Origin: Verrucomicrobiaceae bacterium
Lineage (GTDB): Bacteria > Verrucomicrobiota > Verrucomicrobiia > Verrucomicrobiales > Akkermansiaceae
Assembly (NCBI GenBank): GCA_051252135.1
Contig: JBPOGH010000027.1
Coordinates: forward strand, 1-41,207
Reading direction: 5' to 3'
DNA length: 41,207 nt
Shown here: positions 19,344-29,238 of the stretch, piece by piece
How the letters are laid out: each line of letters starts with the position of its first letter
Numbering within the stretch: the stretch's first letter is position 1
Notes under the pieces: generated by a model
What the model was told of the DNA's origin: nothing
Database searches by the model: none
Seen by the model: only the letters and a program-made list of their open reading frames with translations
Made by a program: the position numbers and the translations under genes

Positions 19344-19927
19344 CCTTCCTCTTCGACATCGGAAACGTCCTCCTCAATCTCCACTTCGACCGCTTCCACA
19401 ACGCCGTCCTCCCCGTGGGCGAAGAAGAACTCCCCCCGGGAATGGCCCCCCTCAAAGATCCCCTCGAGACCGGATCCATCTCAAATGACGAGTTCGTCTC
19501 CCGCTCCCTCGACATCCTCAAGACCAACCTCTCCCCGCAGGAATTCATCCGCGCCTGGCAGGATGTCTTCTCCATCAACAACCCCATGGTCCGGGTCGTC
19601 GATCAACTCAAGGCCGACAATCACCGCCTCATCCTCTTCTCAAACACCAACGGCCTCCACGCCGAAAGATTCCTCGCCGAATACCGCGTCTTCGACCACT
19701 TCGATCACCACCACTTCTCGCACGATGTCGGAGCCATCAAACCCCACCCCGACTTCTACCAGGTCGCTATCGATGAGTATGATCTCACCCCCTCCGAGAC
19801 CATCTACCTCGACGACCTCCCGGAAAACATCGCCACCGGCCGCGACTTCGGATTCCAAAGCTTCCAATACGACATCAATGACCACCAGCCCTGCCTGGAT
19901 TGGCTCCGCGAGCGCGTAAAAATCTAA
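19340..19927 (+). CDS. HAD-family phosphatase (YihX-like)
   Basis: FDIGNVL, FSNTN, IKPHPDFY, YLDDLPENI; ATGA overlap with the glycosyltransferase. Confidence 0.9.
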   Translation: MTFLFDIGNVLLNLHFDRFHNAVLPVGEEELPPGMAPLKDPLETGSISNDEFVSRSLDILKTNLSPQEFIRAWQDVFSINNPMVRVVDQLKADNHRLILFSNTNGLHAERFLAEYRVFDHFDHHHFSHDVGAIKPHPDFYQVAIDEYDLTPSETIYLDDLPENIATGRDFGFQSFQYDINDHQPCLDWLRERVKI

Positions 19928-19946
19928 CGCACTCTTGTCGAAAAAA

Positions 19947-19974
19947 GGCAGGGACCTTTCTCCGCTAAGGTCCG
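19947..19974 (+). repeat. REP-like hairpin in a convergent intergenic gap
   Basis: GGCAG-GGACCTT-N8-AAGGTCC. Confidence 0.45.
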
Positions 19975-20085
19975 GCTGCAACCATCCCGCACTCGCTCCC
20001 CAACTGCGACCTAATCCCCCTTCGATCTCAGGCAAGCCAACACCTTCCCTTGAGTTTAAAGAACGCTGGATTCACAGCCCAAAAC

Positions 20086-20120
20086 CATCCCCTTCATCCT
20101 GTTCATCTGCGGTTCAATTC
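20086..20120 (+). repeat. 9-nt periodic CATC-repeat module
   Basis: CATCCCCTT CATCCTGTT CATCTGCGG TT; related copies at about 38540 and 41174. Confidence 0.7.
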
Positions 20121-20131
20121 AACTCAATGAA

Positions 20132-20386
20132 TTAGACTTGGGAATCTGATTCGTCCTCTTCTTCGGGAATCTTTGAAATCGAGAACAGATTGAAAAGTCG
20201 CGCGCCCCAACGGTCACCCCCAAAGGCATAGCCCAAAAGCAGCCCCCCCACCGGCAACACCACCGCCAAGTACTTCCAGGAAAAATCCCCCAGGAAGACA
20301 CTGGCCGCAATCAACACCCCGACACATCCCACCATCACCCGGAAGATGATCGTGGCAATGCGATCGGAAGATCGTGAACTCTTCAT
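20132..20386 (-). CDS. Small 2-TM membrane protein
   Basis: 84 aa, two hydrophobic segments, acidic tail; follows the U32 gene. Confidence 0.65.
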   Translation of the reverse strand: MKSSRSSDRIATIIFRVMVGCVGVLIAASVFLGDFSWKYLAVVLPVGGLLLGYAFGGDRWGARLFNLFSISKIPEEEDESDSQV

Positions 20387-20401
20387 TCTTCCGGTGGGCT
20401 G

Positions 20402-22804
20402 CTACCGATGCACCTCATCACGCCGTTGCTCCAGCGTCCCCTTCGTCACCCCCAGCCGCTCGATCGCGCCCAGTTGGCTCGCCACATCCCGCGCACTGCG
20501 CTCCTTCGCAAAAAACCGCCGATACATCGTCACCATCCGTTTCGCCTCCTCGGCATCTTCATCTAACAGCTCCACCCGGAACCTACGCAGACCCTTCTTC
20601 AAAAATCCTTCCACGCTCCCCACCCCCGTCTGTGCCAGCCCGTTAAAAAGCGTATTCCGGCATCCCACATCCGCCTTCAGCGTGTGCAACTGCCCCACCC
20701 GATCCCGCAACTGCACCTTGTGCTTCTCGCAAGGCTTCCCGCAATCCTTGTAGCTCATCCCCTCACTCATGAAGACGCAGAACACACAGTGCTCCATATG
20801 AAACATCGGCATATGCTGGTGCACCGTCAGCTCCAGCCAATCCGTCGGCGTCGCCTCTAACAACTCACCCACCTGACCCTCGTTCAAATCATAAGAGACC
20901 GTCAGGTTCTCAAACCCGCCACTCTCCATCAACAACTTCGCCGTCAACGGATTCGCCACATTCAACGAAAAATCACCCACCAATCTCAGCCTCGATTCCT
21001 TAAAAAACGAAATCGCCCCCAGGTTCCGCACCAACACCCCGTCCGGCGCCGCCTTCTCAATCAACTTAAAATAACCCGCCTCACTCGGCTTCTGAATCCG
21101 CGGCGTCGCCAGAAAAATCTCACCACCCGCCTCACGCACCAACGCCACCGCCTCCTTGTAAAGCCGCAGGTCCTCAAAGTCACAATAAACAAACTTCACC
21201 CCTCCCGCCATCGCCCCCTTCACTTGCTCCAAATTCCGGCACAACACCCGCAGCTCCACCTCCCTTGTCGATGCCTCACCCGCCGGAAGCCACGACTTCA
21301 AAATCGCCTTTCCCTCACGCACCACCGGCTCCTCCTTGATCGCATCCACCAACTTGCGCCGACACCGGTTCAGCTCACCCAAAGGTAAAATCACCTCACC
21401 CTCCAACTCCACCACCACCTTCCCCAGGGAATACTCCGTCCCGCCCAGTCGGCCCAGCTGCCCTTCCAATACCTCCGCACTCAACGGCCTCTTCTCCGCC
21501 TTCGCCAGCAGCACCTCACTCCGCACTTCCTTCCCCCGACACTGCAACACCAACGGCTCCCCCGCCGCCCCCTTCACCAAAATCTCCAACGCATCCCCCT
21601 TCTCCTCCAAACGCCCACCCTTCCACGTCTTCCGCACCGCCGCATCCAGCTTCGGATCACTCGTCTTCCACAAACCATCACCCGCCTTCACCCGGTCCCA
21701 GTCGATGTTCACCCGACGATCAAAGTTCAAGCGATTCCCCTCCACCTTCCACACCATCCCGCCCTGCTCCCGGTTCCGGTCCTCACCCGCATCAATCACA
21801 AACCCATTCCCCGGCTCAATCGGCACCTGCGGATCCGTAATCTCAATCCACCCGTGACCCGATGCCACAATCTCCCCCACATACGCCCCCCGCTTCTTCC
21901 CCCACTTCCCGTGCGTCAGCCCCGGGTGATTCGTCCCTCCCAGCCATCCTGTCGACAGTCCCCTCGAAAACATCATCTCCAGCGTGTGCCGGTCCTCACT
22001 CGTGATCTCCACCTCATCCAGTGCCTTGCGATACACCCGCGTCACCGCCGCCACATATTCCGGACTCTTCAAACGCCCCTCGATCTTATAACTCACCACC
22101 CCCGCCTTCACCAAATCCGGAATCAAATCCACCGCCGCCAAATCCTGCGGACTCAACAAATACCGCACCTCACCCATCGGCTTCGTCTCCCCATCCACCA
22201 CCAGCTCATACGGCATCCGGCACGCCTGCGCACACTCACCCCGGTTCGCCGACCGCTGCCCCAGACTCTCCGATGTCAAACACTGCCCCGAATACGCCAC
22301 GCACAACGCTCCGTGCACAAACACCTCCAGCGGCACCTCGTTCTCCTTATTCACCCGCGCAATCTCCTTCACCGAAAGCTCCCGCGCCAACACCGCCCGC
22401 TCCAAGCCAATCAACCCGTCCACAAACGCCAACCCCTCCGGCGACGTAATCGTCATCTGCGTCGACGCATGCACCTCCATCTCCGGCGCAATCTCCTTCA
22501 CCAATTTCGCCGCCCCCAAATCCTGCACAATCACCGCATCCACCCCCGCCCGTCCCATCATCTCAATCTGCTCCACCGCCCCCTCCAACTCGGAAGGAAA
22601 CACCAGCGTATTAAACGCCACAAACCCCTTCACCCCGTGCCGATGCAGAAACTCCATCAACTCCGGCAAATCCTCCTCCGTAAAATTATCCGCCCGCATC
22701 CGCGCGTTAAATCGCGGCAGCCCAAAAAAGATCGCGTCGGCACCATTCGCTACCGCCGCACGGGCGCAGTCCCAATTCCCGGCAGGCGCAAGAAGTTCCG
22801 TCAC
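20402..22804 (-). CDS. Long U32-family Fe-S protein with DUF3656-like region (RlhA-like RNA hydroxylation factor)
   Basis: ELLAPAG, HASTQM, EVFVHGALCVAYSGQC...NRGECAQACR, KIEGRLK; second degenerate U32 barrel at the C-terminus. Confidence 0.88.
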   Translation of the reverse strand: MTELLAPAGNWDCARAAVANGADAIFFGLPRFNARMRADNFTEEDLPELMEFLHRHGVKGFVAFNTLVFPSELEGAVEQIEMMGRAGVDAVIVQDLGAAKLVKEIAPEMEVHASTQMTITSPEGLAFVDGLIGLERAVLARELSVKEIARVNKENEVPLEVFVHGALCVAYSGQCLTSESLGQRSANRGECAQACRMPYELVVDGETKPMGEVRYLLSPQDLAAVDLIPDLVKAGVVSYKIEGRLKSPEYVAAVTRVYRKALDEVEITSEDRHTLEMMFSRGLSTGWLGGTNHPGLTHGKWGKKRGAYVGEIVASGHGWIEITDPQVPIEPGNGFVIDAGEDRNREQGGMVWKVEGNRLNFDRRVNIDWDRVKAGDGLWKTSDPKLDAAVRKTWKGGRLEEKGDALEILVKGAAGEPLVLQCRGKEVRSEVLLAKAEKRPLSAEVLEGQLGRLGGTEYSLGKVVVELEGEVILPLGELNRCRRKLVDAIKEEPVVREGKAILKSWLPAGEASTREVELRVLCRNLEQVKGAMAGGVKFVYCDFEDLRLYKEAVALVREAGGEIFLATPRIQKPSEAGYFKLIEKAAPDGVLVRNLGAISFFKESRLRLVGDFSLNVANPLTAKLLMESGGFENLTVSYDLNEGQVGELLEATPTDWLELTVHQHMPMFHMEHCVFCVFMSEGMSYKDCGKPCEKHKVQLRDRVGQLHTLKADVGCRNTLFNGLAQTGVGSVEGFLKKGLRRFRVELLDEDAEEAKRMVTMYRRFFAKERSARDVASQLGAIERLGVTKGTLEQRRDEVHR

Positions 22805-22810
22805 CCGCCC

Positions 22811-22839
22811 AGTCTGTCCCAGTCCGGACCCGCTGGCAA
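22811..22839 (-). promoter_or_regulatory. Putative leaderless promoter of the U32 gene
   Basis: TTGCCA-N17-CAGACT-N6-GTG. Confidence 0.55.
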
Positions 22840-22855
22840 TTGTGGAGAAAGCCTT

Positions 22856-24274
22856 TTACTTTTTCCCAAACATCCTCAAATCCGGATAGCTCCCCAACTC
22901 AAGCTCATCACCCACCGGCTTCTGCAGCTTCTTCAGCTCCTTCAGCAATTCCCGGGCCTTCTCAATCCCCTCGCCCTTCTCCAAAAGATCATCTTTCTCA
23001 TGGGGATCCTCATTGAGATTGAAAAGTCGCGCCACCTGACCACGCGGATAGACGATCAACTTGTAACCATCCTTCGTGATCTGACGCTGGGACAACCGGT
23101 ATCCCACATAGATCGCATCCCGCCCCTGAGACTCCCCCTTGAGCAAAGGAACCAAACTCTCAAATTGAACATGCTCCGGAATCTCCCCACCCGCTGCCTC
23201 CAGCGAGGTCGGCACAATGTCCTGCAAGTAAATCGGCGCATCAATTCGCTTCCCCGCTTCCACCTTCGGACCCGAGATCGCAAAAGGCACCCGGATGCTG
23301 TGATCATACATGTTCTGTTTCCCCAGCAACCCGTGATGACCCACCGATAACCCATGGTCCGCCGCGAACACGATATACGTATTCTCCCGCTGCCCGTTCG
23401 CTTCCAGTTGATCAATCACCCTTCCGATCTGCGCATCCAGGTGCGTGATCAACGCAAAGTATTCCCGCCGATGCGTCTGCACCGCCCGATAAGTCCGCGG
23501 AAAAGGCGCCAACGCCTCATCACGCAGATCTTTCCCCGCCTGCATCACATTCCGATGCGGATACAGCGCCAAAAAATCATCCGGCACCTTGACTCCCTCC
23601 GTCGGATACATGTCTAAAAATTCCTGCGGTGCCTGACGCGGATCGTGTGGCGCATTGAACGCCAGATACACAAAGAACGGCTGATCACCCGCCTTCGCGT
23701 GATTCAAATACCCGATCGCCGTATCCGCCTCCACCTCACTCCAGTGCTTCCCGCCTTCCCAAAATCCACCCTCTTCACGATCAGTCGCGCTCCACGGATC
23801 CGGCTTCCCGTCCAAGGGACGGTTATACGCATTCTTCCGGTCCCGCGGCATCCCCGGACGCACATCCCCAACGTGATCAAAAATGGTATCCGGCTTGATC
23901 TTCACATGCCACTTCCCCGTCATGTAGGTCTCGTAGCCCTGCTCCGATAACATCTGCGGCCACGTCCCCTTCTTCCCCACCAGCTCCTTCTGCATCGTCG
24001 GCTCCTCCTTGTGAGCATACCACAACTGACGTCCCGACATCAGCATCGTCCGGCTCGCCACACAAATCGCCCCATTCCAGCCACCCGGATTATACGCATG
24101 CGTAAAGGTCGTCCCGCTCTCAAACAACTTATCCAGATTCGGCGTCTTGATCTCCGTATCACCGTAGGCGTCCAGCGCCTCGTAAGTCATGTCATCCGCA
24201 AAGATGAACAGAATATTCGGTTTCTCCGCAGCCTGAAGCGGAAGAATGAGGGCTAACAGCAGTGAAAAACGCAT
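22856..24274 (-). CDS. Secreted sulfatase (S1 family)
   Basis: KPNILFIFADD, formylglycine site CVASR, GKWH, APHDP, ADHG, GKQNMY. Confidence 0.93.
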   Translation of the reverse strand: MRFSLLLALILPLQAAEKPNILFIFADDMTYEALDAYGDTEIKTPNLDKLFESGTTFTHAYNPGGWNGAICVASRTMLMSGRQLWYAHKEEPTMQKELVGKKGTWPQMLSEQGYETYMTGKWHVKIKPDTIFDHVGDVRPGMPRDRKNAYNRPLDGKPDPWSATDREEGGFWEGGKHWSEVEADTAIGYLNHAKAGDQPFFVYLAFNAPHDPRQAPQEFLDMYPTEGVKVPDDFLALYPHRNVMQAGKDLRDEALAPFPRTYRAVQTHRREYFALITHLDAQIGRVIDQLEANGQRENTYIVFAADHGLSVGHHGLLGKQNMYDHSIRVPFAISGPKVEAGKRIDAPIYLQDIVPTSLEAAGGEIPEHVQFESLVPLLKGESQGRDAIYVGYRLSQRQITKDGYKLIVYPRGQVARLFNLNEDPHEKDDLLEKGEGIEKARELLKELKKLQKPVGDELELGSYPDLRMFGKK

Positions 24275-24310
24275 GAGGGAACAATGTCACCCCACTCAAA
24301 AAATTGAACC

Positions 24311-24469
24311 CTAAAACACCAACCCATGCTCCCCGGCAATCCGCACCCCGGTCTCCAGCTCCACCCTGCGCCCATCCTTCGCCTTGATCACCTCAATCAA
24401 CGCCCATGGGATCGCCGCACGCAAGGTGATCCCTCCGGCGTCCCGTTCAGTTGCTCCCGACCTAGTCGA
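24311..24469 (-). pseudogene. Possible C-terminal gene remnant
   Basis: ATG-less open frame ...GGITLRAAIPWALIEVIKAKDGRRVELETGVRIAGEHGLVF* with coding-like G-ending codons. Confidence 0.3.
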
Positions 24470-24746
24470 TCAGATTGTCGAGACGCTGGGCCATCTCAAT
24501 GTCCGCCGTCGTCACACCACCTTCATCGGTCGTCGTCAGCGTCAGCGTCACTACCGAGTACACAATGTTGATCTCGGGGTGATGTTGCGCCTCTTCCGCG
24601 AGATCCGCCACCGTGTTGACGAAATCGATCGCCTCACCAAAATCTTCAAATTCGATACTCCGGTAAATGGTGGACTCATGAATGTCCCACTCCGGACATT
24701 TCTTCAGGTGGTCTTCAAGTTCGTTTTCGTCAAGTACGTCAGACAT
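24462..24746 (-). CDS. phhB: Pterin-4a-carbinolamine dehydratase
   Basis: FEDFGEAIDFVNTVADLAEEAQHHPEI...LTTTDEGGVT..DIEMA; start ATG 24746. Confidence 0.9.
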   Translation of the reverse strand: MSDVLDENELEDHLKKCPEWDIHESTIYRSIEFEDFGEAIDFVNTVADLAEEAQHHPEINIVYSVVTLTLTTTDEGGVTTADIEMAQRLDNLID

Positions 24747-24894
24747 GGTATTGGCAATGGCTCGCGCAAATTCTGGCGAGATCGGATTCAACTTGGCAAG
24801 GAAGATTCGTTCTGAGAACGAAGTTTTCCTTCATGATTCGTTTGATTCCTCCTAATCGTCGAATACTCTGGTGGTAATCCTCGTCGATAAAACT

Positions 24895-25338
24895 GTGAAA
24901 CACCTCCTCCTGCTCCCCCTCTTTGCCCTCGGTTTCGTAAGCTGCACTTCCACCACACCCACCAGCCGTATCGAGAACAATCTCGCCACCTTCGAGGCCC
25001 TTCCCGCCGCCCACAAGGCCCTCATTGAACAGGGAAAGATTGCCAACGGCATGTCCAAGGACGCCGTCTACCTCTCCTGGGGAACCCCCGCCTCCACCGG
25101 CGAAGGACAGGATGGCAGCAAACGCTTTGAACGCTGGACCTACACCGCCCTCGAGCCCGTCTACACCACCAGCTTCGGAGGCTACTACGGCAGCCGCTAC
25201 TACGATCCCTACCGTTGGGGCACCAGCCCCTACTCCTATGGCATGGGACAAGAAGTCCACTACGTCCCGCGCCCCGCAGCCACCGTCGATTTCACCAACG
25301 GGCAGGTCACCCGCTGGCAACGTGGCCGCTCATTCTAA
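24895..25338 (+). CDS. Lipoprotein
   Basis: Lipobox FVSC after a hydrophobic stretch; GMSKDAVYLSWG..ERWTY motif; Tyr/Gly-rich loop. Confidence 0.8.
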   Translation: MKHLLLLPLFALGFVSCTSTTPTSRIENNLATFEALPAAHKALIEQGKIANGMSKDAVYLSWGTPASTGEGQDGSKRFERWTYTALEPVYTTSFGGYYGSRYYDPYRWGTSPYSYGMGQEVHYVPRPAATVDFTNGQVTRWQRGRSF

Positions 25339-25364
25339 AACGGGATCCCCTCCCCGTTTCAACA

Positions 25365-26384
25365 TCACTCACCGGGGCGAAAGAGCACCTTTAACAGGCC
25401 CTCTTTCCCGTCCCTCAGCCGCTTGAAATAATCAGCACCCTCCTCCAGCGGAATCGTCGCTGAAATCAGCGGCTTCACCTGGATCTCGCCGGAAGCAATC
25501 GCCTCCAGCGCCTCCGTGCACTCGCCTGCCGCCGCACAGGAACCCAAGAGCGCGATCTCCCGCGTCACCACATACTGCAGCGGGAACTTCACCTCCGGCA
25601 CCACATTGCCCACCAGCCCCACCCGTCCACCCTTCCGGACCGACTTGATCGCCATCTCCAGCGTCGGACCCGCGCCCACCACTTCCATCGCAATGTCCAC
25701 CCCACCCTCGGGCAGCACCACCGCATCCTCCAAAGAATGAAAGGCCGAGCTCGCCCCCAGCGTCTTCGCCAGCTCCAGCCGACCACGATCCAGATCGACC
25801 GCGATCACCTCGCCGCATCCCGCCCGCTTCAGCGCCTGCACCACCAGCAGCCCGATCAGACCCGCACCCACCACCAGCGCACTCTCACCCTTCTGCACCT
25901 TCACCAGATTCACCGCATGAAGCGCCACCGCCAACGGCTCGGTAAAGGCCGCCTCCTCGAAGCTCAACCCCTCAGGAATCCGCTCCAGAATCCGCGCCGG
26001 CACCACCACCCACTCCGCAAACGCCCCGTCCCGCTTGAACTCCTCACAAGACACCCCCATCACCTGACGCTCATCACAAAGATTCGTCTCCCCCCGCTCA
26101 CAAAAATCACACTCCCCGCAGTAAACCATCGAGTCAAAGGACACCCGCTCCCCCTCATGCCAACCCGACACCCCCTCACCCACTTCCACAATCACCCCGC
26201 TCGCCTCATGCCCCATCACCATCGGCGGAATCCGCCGCCCGCTGCTGTTGTCCATCCCGTGCACATCACTCCCGCAAATCCCGCAATACGATACCTTCAC
26301 CAACACCTCACCCCCGCCGGCCGATGGCTTCGCCTTCTCGGAAACAACAAACTCGGACGGCGCAATCAACTCGAGAACTTTCAT
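25365..26384 (-). CDS. Zn-dependent medium-chain polyol dehydrogenase
   Basis: CGICGSD, GHE, CGECDFC...C, GAGLIG. Confidence 0.92.
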   Translation of the reverse strand: MKVLELIAPSEFVVSEKAKPSAGGGEVLVKVSYCGICGSDVHGMDNSSGRRIPPMVMGHEASGVIVEVGEGVSGWHEGERVSFDSMVYCGECDFCERGETNLCDERQVMGVSCEEFKRDGAFAEWVVVPARILERIPEGLSFEEAAFTEPLAVALHAVNLVKVQKGESALVVGAGLIGLLVVQALKRAGCGEVIAVDLDRGRLELAKTLGASSAFHSLEDAVVLPEGGVDIAMEVVGAGPTLEMAIKSVRKGGRVGLVGNVVPEVKFPLQYVVTREIALLGSCAAAGECTEALEAIASGEIQVKPLISATIPLEEGADYFKRLRDGKEGLLKVLFRPGE

Positions 26385-26452
26385 CGCCAAATCCTCTTTT
26401 CCAATCAGACCCCTGTAAACCACCGAAGCAGGAAATATTGCCCCCCCAACCC

Positions 26453-27046
26453 CTAAACCCCCGGCGCGTTCAACTCCGCCAAAAAATCCCGTCCGCTGAT
26501 CCCGCCCAGCATCTCCAGCTCCATCCCCAGCGTCACCCGCGCCGGATCAGCCTCCGCCCTCAACTTCCCACACGGCGTCTGCGTCGCAAACCCCGCCTCA
26601 TCATCCTCCGCCCGACGCAGCGTCAGCAACGGCCGCCCCTCCCTCTTCGCAATCAACACCGGATGCATCCAGCACGAGACCGGCTTGTAAAACCACGGAT
26701 GCCTCCCCTCCTCCACCGACTTCAGCTGCCACAGGCACCGATGCTTCTCATCCAAAAAAACACAGCGCGTCTTCGGAAAATGCCCCGGAAATTCCGCCGC
26801 CAACTCCTCCCCGGACGCCGCCACCGTCTCCGTTTTCAAACGCCCGTCCGCCAACCTCACCACCCCCTCCCCAATTAACTCCGCCTCCTCCTCGGAAAGA
26901 ACCACCCCGTCATGACAACACGTCGCCCGACACTCACTCAAACGACACAACGGCAAGGGCATCTCAAACGCCTCATGGTCCACCGCCGCTTCCCGCAGTT
27001 GCCCCGCCAGCACCCCAACCGTCCGGGGATACGCACTCTCGATCAT
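26453..27046 (-). CDS. Cys-cluster protein (DUF3109/YkgJ-like, probable Fe-S or Zn binding)
   Basis: C..C...CCHDG, CVFL...C, KPVSCWMHP, PC; ATGA overlap with the upstream gene. Confidence 0.75.
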   Translation of the reverse strand: MIESAYPRTVGVLAGQLREAAVDHEAFEMPLPLCRLSECRATCCHDGVVLSEEEAELIGEGVVRLADGRLKTETVAASGEELAAEFPGHFPKTRCVFLDEKHRCLWQLKSVEEGRHPWFYKPVSCWMHPVLIAKREGRPLLTLRRAEDDEAGFATQTPCGKLRAEADPARVTLGMELEMLGGISGRDFLAELNAPGV

Positions 27047-29154
27047 TCCTTGATCTGCTCCTTGCTCTTGAATTCGATCTCAAAACGCCCCCCAAAATTA
27101 TTGAGCCCATAAACCAGCCCCGTCACCGTGATCTCCTTCCCCTCGAGCGACTCCAGATATTCCGCCGTTAGCTCCTCCCCCGCATCGCTTTTGTAGATCC
27201 GCGCCGCCAACTTCTCATCACCGGTCGTAAACTCCAAATAATACGTCCGCTTCGATTCGTGAAAATCCAAAACCTTCGCCCTCAACGAGATCGTCTGCCC
27301 GCCCAAACTCCGCACCAACACCTCATCCTCCATCGTATAAACCTCCTTCTCCTCCATCACCTCGACCTCATCCAAAACATCCACATCATCCGGCCCATCG
27401 ATCTCCAGCACCTCCGCCGTCTTCAGCCACCCCACCACACTCACCGGCTTCCCCGCCACCTCCTCGACCTCACCAGCCTTCAGCCGCGCCCTCAACCCGT
27501 TCTCCCCTTCAAAAACCCACTCCCCCTCATCATTCACCGCCTTCACCCGCCCCTCCACAATCACCCAACGTCCCGCATTCTTCTTCCGCCCCGCTTCATC
27601 TCCCGCCTTCACCTCCGACATCTCACCCGCCGATGGCCGATCCACTCCGGCAGCCGAAACCTCCGGAGCCGTCGTCATCACGACCTGACTCTCCAGCACT
27701 TCAAAATCCTTGTTGCGCTTGAAAAGCACATACCATCCCCTTTTTTTGCCCGACTGCGTCACCACTCCCGTCACCCGGATCGTCTTTCCCTTCATCACTT
27801 TGAAGAATTTCTGGTCGTAGGTCTTGCTTAGATCCGCAATCGGAATCTTGGCCGCAAAGACGTTCTTCGCCCCTTCCTTCCATTCTTTCCAATGAAGATA
27901 AATCCCGGAGCCGCCCACCTCCACTGCCGTGACCTTCCCCGTCAGCCTCACCATCTTCCCCTTCATCTTGATCACCTTCGCCTCATCCCCCACCACGAAG
28001 GAATTCCGCTCCGCCACCAACTCCTCATCCGGAATAATGTCGTCCGCATAAACCTTCGGAATCTTCAGCAAATGATCCTTCTCCAAAAAACCCACCACAC
28101 TCACCGCACGACCCTCCACCTCGATGTCCGAGGCACTCTCCAGCCTCGCCTTTAAAGGAACCTCCGCCCCCTCCGCCAATTCAAAAACCCACTCCCCTTC
28201 CCCACTCACCGCCTTCACCCAACCCCGCACATTCACCCACTGCCCCTTCAATTCCCCCAAACGCTCCCCATCAATCGCCGACACCCGGTGATTCTCTTTC
28301 AACCACTCAAAAGCCGGCTTCTCGGGACGTCCGCCCATCTTCGCACTCGGCGCCGCAGTCACCATCGCCGGCGCACCGCCCCGTTCATTTCCTGTAGCCT
28401 CCTCCGCCCCGGATTCCTCCGCCACCACCATCGGTTCTTCAGCCGGCTCCTTCCTCTCCTTCAACATCCATAGCGCCCCTCCCACCAACGCCCCCAGCAC
28501 CCCCATCACCACCAACACCTTGCCTCCCCCGCCACTCTTCGCGGAAGCCAGCTGCACCGGCGGCCCCACCACCGGCGGAAGCACCGGCTTCACAATCGGA
28601 GGCCCTTGAATCAACTCCACCAACTTCCCCAGCTCCACCTGCGCATCCCGACCCGACCCCGGATCCATCCCCCTCGCCCAATCCTCAAACCACCTCACCA
28701 CATCAATCGTAAACGTCTCCACCGCACTCCCGTCCCCCGCCACCGTCCGCACCACCTCCTTCGGAGCAAAAGACAACGCCCCCGCACGCGATCCCATCTT
28801 CCCGATCAACACCTGCGCCAGCCCATGCATCTGCCTCAAATCCCGCTCATCAAAGCTTCCCTCCATCAAACGATCCTCCAACACCTCGCCATCCCACCAC
28901 TGCGTCACAATCCACGGCTGCCCATCCACTTCGTCCACCCCGCCATCCAGCGCACCCCGCAGACACGGAAGATCCAAACCCTTCAGCTCCTCCAGCGCCG
29001 CCTCAAAAGTCGCCTCATCCAACACGGCCTTGATCTCGTCCGCCAATACCAACCGCCTCAAGGCCACGCGCTCACCACTCGCAATCTTCGCCCGATAAAG
29101 AACCTCTTTCCCCGTCTGGGAAACCAATTCCTCAATCTCATAATCACTCTTCAC
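27043..29154 (-). CDS. Membrane protein: degenerate Ser/Thr kinase-like domain, TM, four OB-fold-like repeats
   Basis: YEIEEL...LYRA...VALRR...PWIVTQW.DG..L; TM VLVVMGVLGALVGGALWML; A-B-A-B repeats; start uncertain (29154-29217). Confidence 0.7.
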   Translation of the reverse strand: MKSDYEIEELVSQTGKEVLYRAKIASGERVALRRLVLADEIKAVLDEATFEAALEELKGLDLPCLRGALDGGVDEVDGQPWIVTQWWDGEVLEDRLMEGSFDERDLRQMHGLAQVLIGKMGSRAGALSFAPKEVVRTVAGDGSAVETFTIDVVRWFEDWARGMDPGSGRDAQVELGKLVELIQGPPIVKPVLPPVVGPPVQLASAKSGGGGKVLVVMGVLGALVGGALWMLKERKEPAEEPMVVAEESGAEEATGNERGGAPAMVTAAPSAKMGGRPEKPAFEWLKENHRVSAIDGERLGELKGQWVNVRGWVKAVSGEGEWVFELAEGAEVPLKARLESASDIEVEGRAVSVVGFLEKDHLLKIPKVYADDIIPDEELVAERNSFVVGDEAKVIKMKGKMVRLTGKVTAVEVGGSGIYLHWKEWKEGAKNVFAAKIPIADLSKTYDQKFFKVMKGKTIRVTGVVTQSGKKRGWYVLFKRNKDFEVLESQVVMTTAPEVSAAGVDRPSAGEMSEVKAGDEAGRKKNAGRWVIVEGRVKAVNDEGEWVFEGENGLRARLKAGEVEEVAGKPVSVVGWLKTAEVLEIDGPDDVDVLDEVEVMEEKEVYTMEDEVLVRSLGGQTISLRAKVLDFHESKRTYYLEFTTGDEKLAARIYKSDAGEELTAEYLESLEGKEITVTGLVYGLNNFGGRFEIEFKSKEQIKE

Positions 29155-29238
29155 CACCACCAGAACTATCAAACGATCCGACACTTCTCCAACACTTTCC
29201 CGCTTGCGACCCCTCATCGGAAAGGGAACCTTGTCACC

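Noticed and set aside
20402..22804. Collagenase/protease call for the U32 protein
   Set aside because: Characterised U32 members are Fe-S hydroxylation factors (RlhA, TrhP, UbiU/V); the Cys cluster fits that role
28606..29238. 211-aa N-terminal extension of the 1047-aa ORF
   Set aside because: It is antisense to the pseudokinase gene; a clear signal peptide starts at ATG 29239
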